This document shows, one piece after another, positions 42,501 through 54,488 of a DNA stretch of 64,000 nucleotides (position 1 is its first letter; every line of letters begins with the position of its first letter). The translations under genes were made by a program, and so were the position numbers. The DNA lies in NCBI RefSeq assembly GCF_964355755.1, contig NC_092675.1:6133812-6197811 (forward strand), written 5' to 3'. The notes under the pieces were generated by a model that searched no databases, was not told the origin of the DNA, and worked only from the letters and a program-made list of their open reading frames with translations. Source of the stretch: Antedon mediterranea. Taxonomy: Eukaryota; Animalia; Echinodermata.

Positions 42501-45500
42501 ATCAATTAGTATAGAGCTACTTCTAGCATTCTATGTGTATGCTAGTATACAATTAATGAATGTTTATGAGTGCAATGGTACAAATAATTTCATGAGGTGA
42601 AAATAGAATATTTCATCTTTCATCAAATCAAATTATTTGTTCCATTTCACGAATATAAAACATTCATTATTTTCTAGACCAAGGCCGAAACCATTCAAGA
42701 AGGCATTAAATAAGTATTTATATTAATAAAGGAGAAACTAAACAGTTCTTTTCAGAACTAAACATATGTGGTGTACCAATTTATACCAACATTTGATTTC
42801 ACCATGCAAACCTTCCAATAAATTATTATATTAAAGGTATTTCACCTACTGTAAAGCATGGTTCCCACTAGCGACGCAACACAAGGACGTAACGCAACGC
42901 AAGTGAATTGACCAATCACAAGCGATGGCTTATTCGCTTGTGATTGCTAACTGTCTATAACTTCGCTTGTCATTGGTTAAAACGCTTGCGTTGCGTTTAC
43001 GTCCTTGCGTTACGTTCTAGTGGGAACCAAGCTTTAGTGACACGAAAGAACTTCCCTTAAAATGTTATTCTCTAATAGATTTTTAAAATTTGAAGGCCGT
43101 TTCTTTTAACAGTATGAAGGATGAATATGGGAGAGATACTTCGGTACATTATTTAGTTTAAATTGTTAAATTATTAGTATTATAGTCTATTTATAATCCA
43201 TGCCTACTGCAGCGCTGATTAAACACACTGCTTTTGACACCAGAATGTTATGTATTTAATGATTTATTTCTTTTCAGTTTAGGAAATTGCCAAAACAAAT
43301 GAATGAAGCAACTGATCACAAACGTGACTTTGTAGCTATGTGTAAGATGTGAATGTAAGCAAAACACTGCTTGCAGAATCATTTGCCCAATGTTCCATGA
43401 CAACTACAATTGACATCAAACTAAACTTGAAAAGGTTCGCCTCAACTGGCAAACTACACAAACCAAAAGTGGTGTTGGAAGTCTATAAGTGTTAGCTTAC
43501 CTGGATAAACCGACATTGGTCTATGTCGGTTTATCCAGGTAAGTAAAGCAAGCAAGTAAGTAAGCATGGAATAGACTAAGTTGTTCTGCACTTCTGAGTA
43601 CAAATCTTACAATTAATTCAAAGGAAACTAATAAATCGGGAAGGCAATCAAATCTTAAGCTCTGTCTACACTATCAAACTAGTTTGATGAAAAAAGTGTG
43701 ATGTGCCTAAATATGGTAGTGATATGACATCATCATATCCATATATCGGCACATCACATTTTTTTGTCACATAAAGTGAGCTTTAGATATTGTTGTGAGC
43801 ACTGAAAATAATCATTTCTAAATACCAGTTTTCACATCCAGAAGCCGCTGTCGATAGTCGATGTCAGCAAATATTGTTGAGAATGTTCTTCCAGTTTCCA
43901 GAGCATTTTTTGTTCCTTTTTCTTTTGTTGGTGACAAAATCAAAATGACAAAGTGAATTTCTTGAATGTTTGTACCCATGTTGGCAGCATGTTTTAATCT
44001 TGCGATACCAACGTATCGGCGTTGAAGACATGGAAGGCTACATCTGCACAAATCAAGAAAAATTCAGAATTCATAAACGGAAACATAATTTTATTACTAC
44101 AATACCTTAAAAGATGTATTGTTCCTTAAAACATTAAAAATCAAACTGTGAATTATCCAATTTTATTATAGTTTTGCTCATTAAAATTTGGCTGGAAAAT
44201 TGTTTTAAATATACTGTATACGACATTAATAATTTTGTTTATGAAAAAGACAAAACAACAGTTGCGTTTAACTAAAATCCATTGATTTTTTGACAATGCG
44301 TGTTAAATTAAATTACGGTTATAGTTTTGCTCATTAAATTTGGCTGGAAAATTGTTTTATAATATAATACAGTGTTCTCCCCAGGCCTTTGAAGCGTCAC
44401 GGTACCGTGACGCTTGGGTTCTCTACCGTGACGCTTTACGGTCGGCCGTGACGCTTAAAACCTTATCCGTGACGCTTAAAAATATCAACCACAACAATCT
44501 AAAAATAGATTAACAGGCAGGTACGGTACTTTTTCTAGAGCTGAGGCGCGGCATGCATAAAGAGCCTAATGCATACGAGACACGTGACATGACCACTAGA
44601 CGAAAAACAAAAGACTGCGTAACAAAGTGTTAAACAACTAAACTGAGACTCCCTTTCACCGGCCGCCGCCGAGAGATGTAAACACGTGTTTTGTTACTGC
44701 CATGTCTCTCTTTCGATCTCTAGTATTTGGCTGTTGTCTAAAGTGTAGTAACTTGTATATTGTAAATAAAGTAAATGATTGATTGTATTGTTTTTCTTGT
44801 AAAAATGTTATGTGTATTAAAAATAAATATCGATGATATTATTATTTTCAATATCACACTGAATTAATCGACTCTATCGGTGGGATTTACTCTTTCGTTG
44901 GTAACACGCACGTCATCAAATGATTTCTAGGCGCAATTCAATGCTAGCTGCTTTGATCGTATAATACATTCAAGAAGGCTACGATCGTTTTCCTATTTGC
45001 TAGTGCGCTAAAGTCTTTATTTCACTTAACTTAAGGTACATTTGTACATCGGTGCTAGAATGTTTTAGGCCCTACTTCGTGAGAAAGTCAAGTGACAAGG
45101 GATGTCACATGGTATTGTGATATCAGTACTGCGATACTATATGTCACATGGTGCTTTCACCGGCCGCCGCCGAGAGATGTAAGCACGTGTTTTGTTACTG
45201 CCATGTCTCTCTTTCGAATGTTTTCCTATTTCCTAGTGCGCTATGAAGTCTTATTTCCGGGCAACTAGAGGTGTTTGTATTTGAACGCAAAAAATGTTTT
45301 TTTATCGCATATGTTTACCCGCCGGCGGAAAAAAAAGTAGGCTACGATCGTTTTAATGTTTGCTAACGCGCTATGAGGTGTCGTTTCCGGCTAACTACAG
45401 TTGCCTACTGATGAGGCATATTTTTTTTTCATATATCGCGTACAGTATGTTTACCTGCGGAAAAGTAGGCTCAATCGGGCTGTTTGCTAGCGCGCTATGA

Positions 45501-48500
45501 AGTGTCCTTTCCGGCCAACTACAGAGTTGTCCTACTGATGAGTAGGCATTTTTTATTTCATCGGGGAATTCCCCTTGACGTTCGTAATGAACGCAAAAAA
45601 TGTTTCTTATCGCGTATGTTTACCGGCGGAAGAAGCAGGCTACGATCGTGCGGTTTGCTAGCGCGCTATGAAGTGTCTTTCCGACCAACTACAGAGTTGT
45701 TCTACTCATGAGTAGGCCTAGTTTTATTTCATCGGGGAATTCCCCTGGACGTTCGTATTGAACGCAAAAACATTTTTTTATCGCGTATGTTTACTGGCGG
45801 AAAAAGTATGCTACGATGGTTTTACTGTTTGCTAGTGCGCTATAAAGTTTCGTTTCCGGCCAACTAGAGTTGTCCTACTGATGAGTAGGCTAATAGATTA
45901 GGCCTATTTTTTTCATTGGGGCTTCCCCCTGACGTTCGTAATGAACGCAAAAAATGTTTCTTCGCGTATGTTTACCGGCGGAAAAAGTTGGCTACGATCG
46001 TTTTGTTGTTTGCTAGCGTGCTATAAGTGTTATTTCCGGCCAAACCAGAGGTGTCATTCAACATAAATGTTATGTGCGAGAGTACCATTTCCGGCCATCT
46101 AGGGTGTAAATTACCAAAAATCGCTTCGCCACAGCCCCAACCATCGTGGGGCTGTGACTCAAGTACTTAGTGTCGGCATCCCCCCTTTCCAATTCCTTAA
46201 TCCCTTTCCGATTTTCGGAATCCTTTCCCATTTCCACTAATGTTCACCACTATTGCATCTCCACTTCCTTCACCTTTCCTTAACAATAACACCATTGTTT
46301 GGAAAAACTTACAATGCACATATCCATGATTGATCATAATCCATACCTCCACCTTCTGTCACACTGGTTGATTGAATAGTCTTTGATAATTTGTGGACTG
46401 AAAAGGAAAAAAAGATATATAATTTATAGACTGAAAAAGGAGAAATGAAAAAATAATAATATGGACTAAAAATATTAATTTTTTGACTGAAAAGGAGAAC
46501 AAGATTATACTTACACTATACATTATACTTATATTACACTTTATATACTGAAAGGGAAACAATTATAAGTTTTGTTTGAAAAGGGAAAAAATACTTTATT
46601 TTACAAATTAAGAAGCAATACTGTATGAAATGTCCCTTAAGTTTTTCAAATCAGAAAGATAAAGATAACATGTGTAGATCAACAACAATCTTGACATACT
46701 AACAATTCTACGTCATATAACTTGGGAAGTGACCTTCATATTTTTTTTTTATTTTGTAATTTTACTTTCAAATCACTTGTATTAGTATAGCTTACTTTCT
46801 ATAATTAAAATTATATCAAAATAGAATTCAGTTTATAATGTATTTCATCATGTTATGAAAAATACAAATAATCTATTATCACTGATTATCCATGTATGGT
46901 CATAACAATCCAAAATCATTTTATCTTACAATTAATCATTAAATTAGTTATAATTTCATATCAATAATAATTATTGCATGTAATCAATGTAATTACTATT
47001 GATTTAATAATAAGATGTTATTGCACCATCATTAACACAATTTATTTAAACTCAATCACATTTAATTATTGTAATTGTATTTCAAAGTCGTTATTACTTT
47101 GCTAAAATTAGTTTTAATGATGATAATTAATTCTGTTATCAACAAAAATAATTGCTATAGATCCATATTTGTTTGTGGGCATGTTTACGTCTTTCACATT
47201 GCCTAGCGTCAACACCTGCCATTTCGATTGCACCCTGGTATGTGTGTGTGTATAAATTCTTGAGTATTTCTATGTAAAATTGGTTTTTGTTCATTCAAGA
47301 ACAATTGCAGAATCCAGAGAAGATTGTACATGACAATATTGTCCAACCTTAGATTTGGGCAGCCCTGTCAGTGTTAGTTTATATGCTCAAACATACAGAA
47401 GACACAGAATATGACTCGGGATCGAACAAAACAAAACACCCCATAGCTGATAATTAAACAGTGATAACAGGAATGTTATATTTATTTTTTAATAAATTAC
47501 TACAAAATATAGGTTGAGAAGAAAATTCTATCAACACAACAGAATCTGTATTGTCCAAGAAATGTTCTTGTTAAAAAGCTCATCAAACAATTAGAAATGC
47601 ATAAAAAGGTATTTATAGATCTCCTCGTCCTTCAGATAGGTCATAAAGCTGTTGTGGACATAAAATGTACAGTATGCAAGATAAAGAGGAATGTTATATT
47701 TGATTGATTTTTGGTCCACAATAAACTTTGCCTCACTGATAAAATGTATTCTCTTTATTTATATACGTTTAATAATAAGACAACATTTAATGTGCTTTTA
47801 TAAGATAGACATATTTTAAATATGCATATTATGTTTTATGTAGGAAGCCATAAACTTTGATGATACCAGCAATACAGTTGTCACATGATACAGTCACATG
47901 GTTTTAAGTTTCTCTTTGTATTTTAACCAGGTGCCTGAAATAAAATTGTGCAAGTCTGAAGTAAATATATGTTGTTAAATAGATTAAACATTATGTAAAT
48001 GTAATTTGGAATTTATTTGGGTAAACAGTTTTTTTTTTAGTTTACTGTATATCATAATTATGAAATACATAATATTTATTGATCCAAAAAGGAAATTTGT
48101 TTTGTTGACAACCTCGAACAAACAAATTTAGAAATTCATAAAAAATTATTCATAGATTTCCTCGTCCTTCAGATGAATCGTAAAGTTGTTGGTCTCGTGT
48201 ACATAAAATGCACATACAGTATGCATGTTAGTTTTCAAGTAGTATGGGATCATCTCCCAGTGTGATGAGCAACATAGACACTACACTGTAGCTAACATGG
48301 GTTTGTATTGTCTCTGTTCTGAAAATCTCAGTTTCTGAGGATGATACTAAATAAAACTTTTATATTTAATGAAAAAAAAAGATAAACAAAATAAAACCAA
48401 CCTGAATCCTGTGTAAATAATGTTGACTTTGCTTCTTTAACAATATCATCTGTACCTTCACGGCCGTTCAACATTTTTTTTAGTAGTTTTACAAAAATAG

Positions 48501-51500
48501 CTTCCATACTGGTCTCGGTGATGTCAAGCATCAAGGTGGCTTGCTTAGCAAATGACTCAATGTCCTGTGCTGCTCGTACCTCACTGTGGAAATCTTTCAT
48601 GGACAATCGCTATAAAACATTAAAATAAATAAAATATTGTAATTTAGTTACACTAATTCTAATCGATAGAAAATTAATGTAATATAAATATTTTCAGTTA
48701 TAAAACAAGCACAATCCCTTTCAAAATACACAAACAAACTGTTGTGTTGGAAGACTATGAGTGTCGCTTGCACTACAGTACCTGGATAAACCAACAAAAG
48801 CCCCTTCCCTCTTCTTGAAAGAGAAGATACATTTAAGTTGAGTACTCTATCAGACAATGGAGCTAATCCGTCAACTACACCCTTGAATGGGACTATTCTC
48901 TCGTACAATTATCATTTCTTTTTGAAACTCTGTTTGTGAAAATGATCTTTTTAAACAGTTTAGTTTAATTGGTTGAAGTCTATACAGTAATCTAGGTATT
49001 TGGTAAAAATAACTTGGAGTTGAAAAGACACGCCCTTTGGCGATAGCTGTCTTTGACAGCTTTTGCCTCCTTATTGCTCCCTTTTTATGTGTCACTGACT
49101 GACAGGAATAAATAAATAAATACTGTATGAGTAAACATACAGATTTTCAGTCAATTTATTTTATATAGTTTTTTAACAAATGAAGATTGTTCATATTATT
49201 CCCATCAACTGTACACATGCTTCTAATTTTATGTAACTTTAATTTTTGATGAGCTAATGATTCAGCCAATCATTTTACATTCAACTGCTACTTTTCAAAT
49301 AAATACTTGCTTCTATTAACAATTTAGAGATAGGCTAGGTAATAATATGCTGATGACAGCCGTAGGAAATCATCGTAACGTTGGTTCAGACGAGTTTTCA
49401 AGTTCAGTAACCTATCATATATTATAATAGCATTATTTACATCTAAAGAGCATTTATCGTAAGAGCTAGAAAGCCACTTTAATTACTGTATGTAATATGT
49501 TCATGTTAAAAAAATAAACAACCTCTACAGTATTGCAGAGTTCTCACAACGTGGGATTTGGCAGCAAGATTTTTACGAATAAATTGGCCCCCAAACCAGT
49601 ATTAAAAATGGTGTAAGATTTCAAACAAGTACTTGTCTAATGGTGGTAGGCGAGGCGCTAAACATTAAAACAAGAACGAAACAGAGGTATACTTTTTTGA
49701 TTTATAAAAAAGTACATGTTTGAATTCTTTGTATTTACTGTTCTACAGATGAGATACTAGAACAATAGACCTCGCTTAATTGAATTTATTTCTAAATTTG
49801 CAGAACACAGATGAGATAACATAGATGAAAATGATCAAAAAACAGATATTTTTTTTTGTATTTATCTTCCTTTTGTTATGTGTCAAAATGCTTATTGTTT
49901 GGTTTGTGTGTTTGTACTGTATAGTGTGTTTGTTGTAATGATAATTTCCAGAAAATTCAAGTTATTATTCTGAATATTTTTTACAAGCCGATTAAAATCT
50001 TGAGAAATATGTATCTGCAATTGTGACAAAATATTAAATAACATGTCCTCTGTCACTCTGGTGAGTATTTCTTTGCTTTGTTCAAGAAAAGACGATTTAA
50101 AAAAAAAACAGAAGATTCAGTTGGAAATTAATAATTTCAACAAACAATGATTAGTTGAAATTAATGGAACTAAAGAAAATGAAAACTACTTAATGATAAA
50201 ATAAAATTGTTTTATTGTCTTATTGGTTTGTTTTTTGTTTTTTGGGGTTGTTTTTGCTAATTACAGTACTGTACAATTTGTCTTTTCAGATTGAAAATAA
50301 ATGATTTAGTTGGCAATCATTTTAATAACAACATTTATGAAACCAAAGAAAATGAAAACCACTTTAATGATAAAATAAAAATTTTTTTTTTCTATATTTA
50401 GGCAAACAATAAGCAAATTCATACACTATTCTTCTTAAAGGTGGCAGTCCCGTTCACAAGACAAACATACACAAGATGCTCTACAAAACAAGTCTTTGAA
50501 AGTGGAGTTGTAATTTTTCCTTAGAAAAAATCCTAACATATGACTTGAACCCAGCACCCTTAGATTGGTAGCCAAGAATCATAACCACAAAACAAAATTA
50601 ACTTTACTCCAATTATGAATGATGTACTGAAAATAATGACTTACATCATGTTGAGAGTACATTAATGTGACCTCTTCAGCGTCGTCATTGTCTGAAAATG
50701 AAAAATAGAAGTACAGTAACCATCAAAGTGATCATAAAAAACATACAGTATGACAATAATAATGTGATCAGCACAGTATGTGATCAGCACAGTATGTGAT
50801 CAGCACAGTATGTGATCAGCACAGTATGTGATCATCACAGTATGTGATCATCACAGTATGTGATCATCACAGTATGTGATCAGCACAGTATGTGATCAGC
50901 ACAGTATGTGATCAGCACAGTATGTGATCAGCACAGTATGTGATCAGCACAGTATGTGATCAGCACAGTATGTGATCAGCACAGTATGTGATCAGCACAG
51001 AATGTGATCAGCACAGAATGTGATCAGCACAGTACAGATGTGATCAGCACAGTATGTGATCAGCACAGTATGTGATCAGCACAGTATGTGATCAGCACAG
51101 CATGTGATCAGCACAGCATGTGATCAGCACAGAGTATGTGATCAGCACACAGTATGTGATCAGCACACAGTATGTGATCAGCACACAGTATGTGATCAGT
51201 ACACAGTATGTGATCAGTACACAGTATGTGATCAGTACACAGTATGTGATCAGCACACAGTATGTGATCAGCACAGTATGTGATCAGCACAGTATGTGAT
51301 CAGCACAGTAACAGTAGTACAACATACAGTATATTTTGCATAAAAAGCATACAGTAGCATGTACAATGTATATCATATAATACAATATACTTAATTAATA
51401 ACATTAACAGTACCAACATAAGCAATATTAATGTTCAGAATTGAAGAAGAAATTAAATTGTGTTTTTCGACTAAAATTTGAATGTATAAAAACTTAATCA

Positions 51501-54488
51501 TTTATTTCTAATTTCCAATAACAATTTCTAAGATACAGATTGTTATTGATCACAAATTGATTTTTTTCAATATTTTCAAAGTACTCCTGCAAAATTAAAC
51601 TGTAAATCAAGAAAATTGCAAATTTTCTAGTTTTGTTTACTTTCACGCTGCATCATAAAGTAAATAAGTACTGTACATTATTCAGAATTACAAAAGAAAA
51701 TCAATGTGTGACATAATAATATTGTGAAAATAGTCAATACCACCTACTAAGTATCAACAACATAATTAAGCAATTACCTGTCCATCTATGTGATTTATAA
51801 CAGTCATTAAACCAGTATTATTATTAGGTAAATAAAGTCATTATTCAAAACAGACAGACAGCAAATCTTTATCCATTATTTAAATATTATGATGGATGTT
51901 GTAACTTGTATTGTAAGTGTTAAAGAATTATTGTCCCCAAAAAACATGAAAAATGAAGATTAATAAATCAGATTTTACATAGGGCATTTTGAAGTTTTTT
52001 AAATATAGATATTTACTATTCATTTCCTTTCTTCACACAAACAAAATAATGATTTCCCTTAAAAAGACAAATTAATATTTTTGAATTTAACCAAAAACAT
52101 TGCCTGACAGAAATGTGACTATTTTTTTTATATTAATATTGATTGAAATACCTTCTGGTAGTAGTGACTGACTTATTGACAGATGGAAATGAAATCTTTT
52201 AAAATAATTGTCATAACAATACTATTAGTATACTGTGCTGTGCTCCAGTGAAACCATTTTTCAATGTTCTTTAAATACAAGATTGAAAGCAGCACCTTCT
52301 TCACTATCTTAAGCCTACTCACTCTACTCAAAACTAGCCATTCATTCAACCATGCTAACTTTAACAATGAAATTAAAACCACAAAATTGAGAACAATATA
52401 TGAGTAATTTTAATAGAATAATAGAAAACCAAAATGGTTTTAGTTTATTTATATTAAATTTCTGTATTTTTTGTCATTAATTAATCTAAACCAAAAAGAA
52501 AGCACATTAGAAACTAAAGAATAAAAAGTATTCTGTTATTAATAATTAATCTTTTTTTTTATCCGACTCATTTAAGATGTATTGACTTTTACTGTGACAT
52601 TTTTCAGTCCACAAGGGTAAAAAATTATAACAGTAACACTGAAAAAGTTTTAAAAAAACATTAATATAGTCTAATTAATCAGATATAATAAAAAGAACAC
52701 ATCTGTACTGCAGGTAGGTCTGTAGGATGGACTTTAGACTTTGACTCTATTTTTTCTTTTTTAATTAAGTACAGTAACATTGCACTACAACTAACACTAT
52801 GTAACTATTCAAATAGAATCAGAAAACATTAGACAGTCTCTCACAAGACTTCAGAAATCAGACTTTTTTGTGAGGTGGTCCAAAAGGTCCCAAAATCTTG
52901 TTATACTAATTAGAACACTCAGAATACCAGATTTAATAGGTTAGTCCAAAGGTGTCCAAAATTAGGAGAGTTGACTGTATGTATTGGGTCAGCCCAAGTT
53001 TGACCAGTGTGTGAGGGTTGACTGATTATTATTATTTTATCATAATTAAATCAATTACTGGAACATAAAGTGAAAAGGTCATGCACTTTTTATGAACCAT
53101 AATCAATTCAAAATCTAAAGAACATACACAATACAATGAATATGACAAAATCTGAAGCAGATGGTCTGTACATAGATAGATGACCAATTCATTGAATGTG
53201 ATACAACAAAATAGTGGAACTGTTGCTTGCCTTCCAATCTTAAGGTCCTGGGTTCAATCCTAACCTAGTTCCAGGGTTCAATCCTAACCTAGTTCAAGGG
53301 TTCAATCCTTACCTAGTGTCTTACTGTAGCTTATAATATGCACGATAATTATAAAATAGTTTATCCATCCTGTAATTGGCGAGTTATTCGCTGTTGGATG
53401 CGTATAAAATATATAAAAAAATGGGTTTTTGGTAAATGAAGACTAAAAAATTAATTAGGCCAAAGGAATGGAATTGGTCCTATGCTGTATAGCAAACATT
53501 ATTTCTTTTAACAAAAAACTACAAACAATTACTGTCATACGTACACACAAAGATATCGTTTTATTGATTTCAATATCCCAGCTATTTATTTACCATCATG
53601 TATATCTGATAACATTTTTCACCTTGTTGATAAGAATTGTTCATAAATATTTACTAGTTTCTGTATTTTGGAAACTTGCCTAGAATTGTTTTTATGAAGG
53701 TTTACGAAAACTATTATTACACTGATGTACATGTACTGTAATAAATAGTATTACATCATAAAAAACAGGTATGGTACTTCTCCTTATACAGTACTTCAAT
53801 ATTACCGTAATACAGTACTACTGTACCTTGTACAGTACTTTTCCATGCTAAAATATAATTCCATCCACTATTTATGCTAAATATGGCAATTGTTACCGTT
53901 AGTGTAAATGTAAAGCTCTGTCTACACTATCAAACTTTGTGACAAAAAAATGTGATGTGCCCATGGAAATGATGTCATATCACTACAATATTTGGGCACA
54001 TCACTACCATATTTGGGCATATCACTACCATATTTGGTATTATTTTTTTCTCAAACTAGTTTGTAGAACTGTGCAGACAGAGCTATAGTATAATCCCACC
54101 ATCTAACTTAGGCTAACATATGGATACAAATCAAATCCATTACTAATACTGTATAACCAGAGTGTACAGTAAACCATTTTCTCCTACTAATTTTCACAAA
54201 AAAATGGGACTATATACCTGGTCAAAGTATAAAATAATAATTATATACACTTTTTTTACCTGTTGAATCCATCTGGCAATTGATACTGGAAAAATCTATT
54301 GATCCATGTTTTCCATTACTTGTTCCGTTAATACCGGTATTACCATTAGTGTCGGCGTCCTTCTCAGTTGCCATACTGGTCATCGGTAGACATGTTGTTT
54401 CGCAATCATCGTCTTGGTTTAACTTCTCAACTTCATCAAAGCTGAATGAGACTGTTGGAGACAGGCCATTGGAGACCTTGCTATCCAT
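27515..54488 (-). CDS. SLC4A11: SLC4A11-like anion/H+ transporter of the SLC4 bicarbonate-transporter family (17 coding exons, ~825 aa)
   Basis: Exons 54488-54260, 50691-50645, 48609-48402, 46397-46313, 44043-43826, 38603-38491, 36734-36530, 36050-35937, 34282-34150, 33387-33314, 31579-31405, 31199-31093, 30706-30541, 29380-29207, 28776-28581, 28424-28255 and 27578-27515 total 2478 nt; every phase is consistent. Motifs: [105 protein letters not shown] and [19 protein letters not shown]. The start codon follows an acceptor at 54491, so upstream UTR or coding exons may exist. Confidence 0.93.
27675..28048 (-). mobile_element. tRNA-headed SINE with Deu/Nin-type core and GCGCTATATAAAT-type tail
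   Basis: Minus strand: GAGTGAGTGGCCGAATGGTTAAGACAGTGG (A box), GGGTTCAGGGCTC (B box), then the core GTCTTCTCGGATAAGGACTATAAACCATAGGTCCAGTGTACAC...GAAACGAGTAGGGGGTTACAC, and the tail ...TTGCGCTATATAAATCATCATT. Confidence 0.8.
30240..30494. mobile_element. Tc1/mariner(pogo/Tc2)-like MITE family (TIR CCATATATCCTC.GGTATAATCCCAC)
   Basis: GGTATAATCCCAC ... GTGGGATTATACCTGAGGATATATGG|ta. Related pieces at ~1677-1810, 32000-32172 and 54088-54221. Confidence 0.6.
31684..31917. mobile_element. MITE family B
   Basis: taa|AGCGTGGTTCCCACTA ... TAGTGGGAACCACGCT|tta, with ACGCAA-rich subterminal repeats. Confidence 0.8.
34388..34897. mobile_element. TA-flanked CAGT...ACTG MITE containing a ~110-bp internal tandem repeat (4 copies)
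   Basis: ta|CAGTAAAACC ... GCTACTG|ta; GAGGGGTGTCC.ATCAATAGAGG starts at 34451, 34563, 34673 and 34784. Confidence 0.7.
36862..37103 (-). mobile_element. 5S rRNA-derived SINE with near-complete 5S head (36988-37103)
   Basis: The minus strand reads TACCACGTTGAAACACCGGTTCTCGTCAGATCACCGAAGTTAAGCAATGTTGGGCCTGGTTAGAGCTTGGATGGGAGACCATCTGGGAATATCGGGTGCTGTA, a recognisable 5S rRNA sequence. It continues into a non-5S body and an (AATAAA)n tail instead of a T-run terminator. Confidence 0.8.
37802..38380. mobile_element. Interspersed repeat with TTATACAA...TTGTATAA ends (possibly Crypton-like)
   Basis: The left end AATAATGAATGTTTTATATTCGTGTAATGG recurs at ~42555 and 61852; the right end recurs inverted at 63109-63200. 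The class assignment is inference from the termini only. Confidence 0.55.
38697..39112. mobile_element. MITE with long (~120-bp) imperfect TIRs
   Basis: GGACAACTTGAC...AGGGATGTACATAT...GATTAAGGATATCGCCGCACGCG is mirrored by CGCGTGCGGCAATATCCTTAATC...ATATGTACATCCCT...GTCAAGTTGTCC. Confidence 0.75.
40666..40888 (-). mobile_element. tRNA(Gly-like)-derived SINE family, inverted relative to the 41675 copy
   Basis: The reverse complement matches 41675-41890 across the head and body. Confidence 0.8.
41675..41890 (+). mobile_element. tRNA(Gly-like)-derived SINE family
   Basis: GTAGTGGAGCTGTACCTTGGTGGTTAACATGCTTGCCTTCCAATCCCAAGGTCCGGGGTTCAATCC..., with an (AAAT)n tail. Other copies: 40666-40888 (-), 53213-53420 (+, B-box segment triplicated), 13300-13470 (-) and a tail-only copy at ~3-90 (-). 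Confidence 0.8.
41960..42358 (+). mobile_element. 3' end of a CR1/L2-type LINE
   Basis: One frame reads [36 protein letters not shown], a typical CR1/L2 ORF2 C-terminus. It is followed by an AT-rich 3'UTR, a stem-loop GAGGGTCC...GGATCACCCTC and an (AAAT)n tail. Confidence 0.65.
42855..43033. mobile_element. MITE family B
   Basis: taa|AGCATGGTTCCCACTAG ... CTAGTGGGAACCAAGCT|tta; an almost fully palindromic body. Confidence 0.8.
44370..46200. mobile_element. Large non-autonomous DNA-transposon-like element (hAT-like CAGTG end) with internal ~170-185-bp tandem units
   Basis: Starts CAGTGTTCTCCCCAGG, the same end as 2553, followed by repeated CCGTGACGCTT motifs (44395-44478). GAACGCAAAAA...CTACGATCG...GCTAGCGCGCTATGAAGT units recur from 45180 to 46050, and a related unit sits at ~61040-61110. 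No right TIR was found. Confidence 0.6.
48740..49122 (+). mobile_element. SINE-like retroposed repeat with structured body and (AAAT)n tail
   Basis: Shares GTGTTGGAAG.CTAT.AGTGT.GCTT...ACCTGGATAAACC.ACA with 43472-43515. It contains several hairpins and ends AATAAATAAATAAA. Confidence 0.5.
50762..51310. repeat. 16-bp minisatellite (~33 copies) with 18-bp variants
   Basis: Unit TGTGATCAGCACAGTA; the distal copies carry an extra CA. Confidence 0.95.
53914..54084. mobile_element. MITE family A (near-complete copy; TAA/TTA-type flanks, PIF/Harbinger-like)
   Basis: taa|AGCTCTGTCTACACTATCAAACT ... CAGACAGAGCT, with 3 internal 20-21-bp units. Confidence 0.75.

Noticed and set aside
45531-45546. 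CTGATGA motifs in the ~180-bp repeat as hammerhead or box C
   Set aside because: They are part of a simple CCTACT-GATG-AGTAGG hairpin, with no GAAA partner and no box D terminal stem.
49345-49395. Possible Penelope-type hammerhead ribozyme (CTGATGA...GTAACGTT)
   Set aside because: The GAAA core and cleavage triplet cannot be placed with proper stems; at best it is a decayed remnant.
52152-52195. Possible extra SLC4A11 micro-exon (good donor AAG|GTATTT)
   Set aside because: No upstream AG gives a frame-preserving phase-1 exon, and the flanking exons already join in frame.
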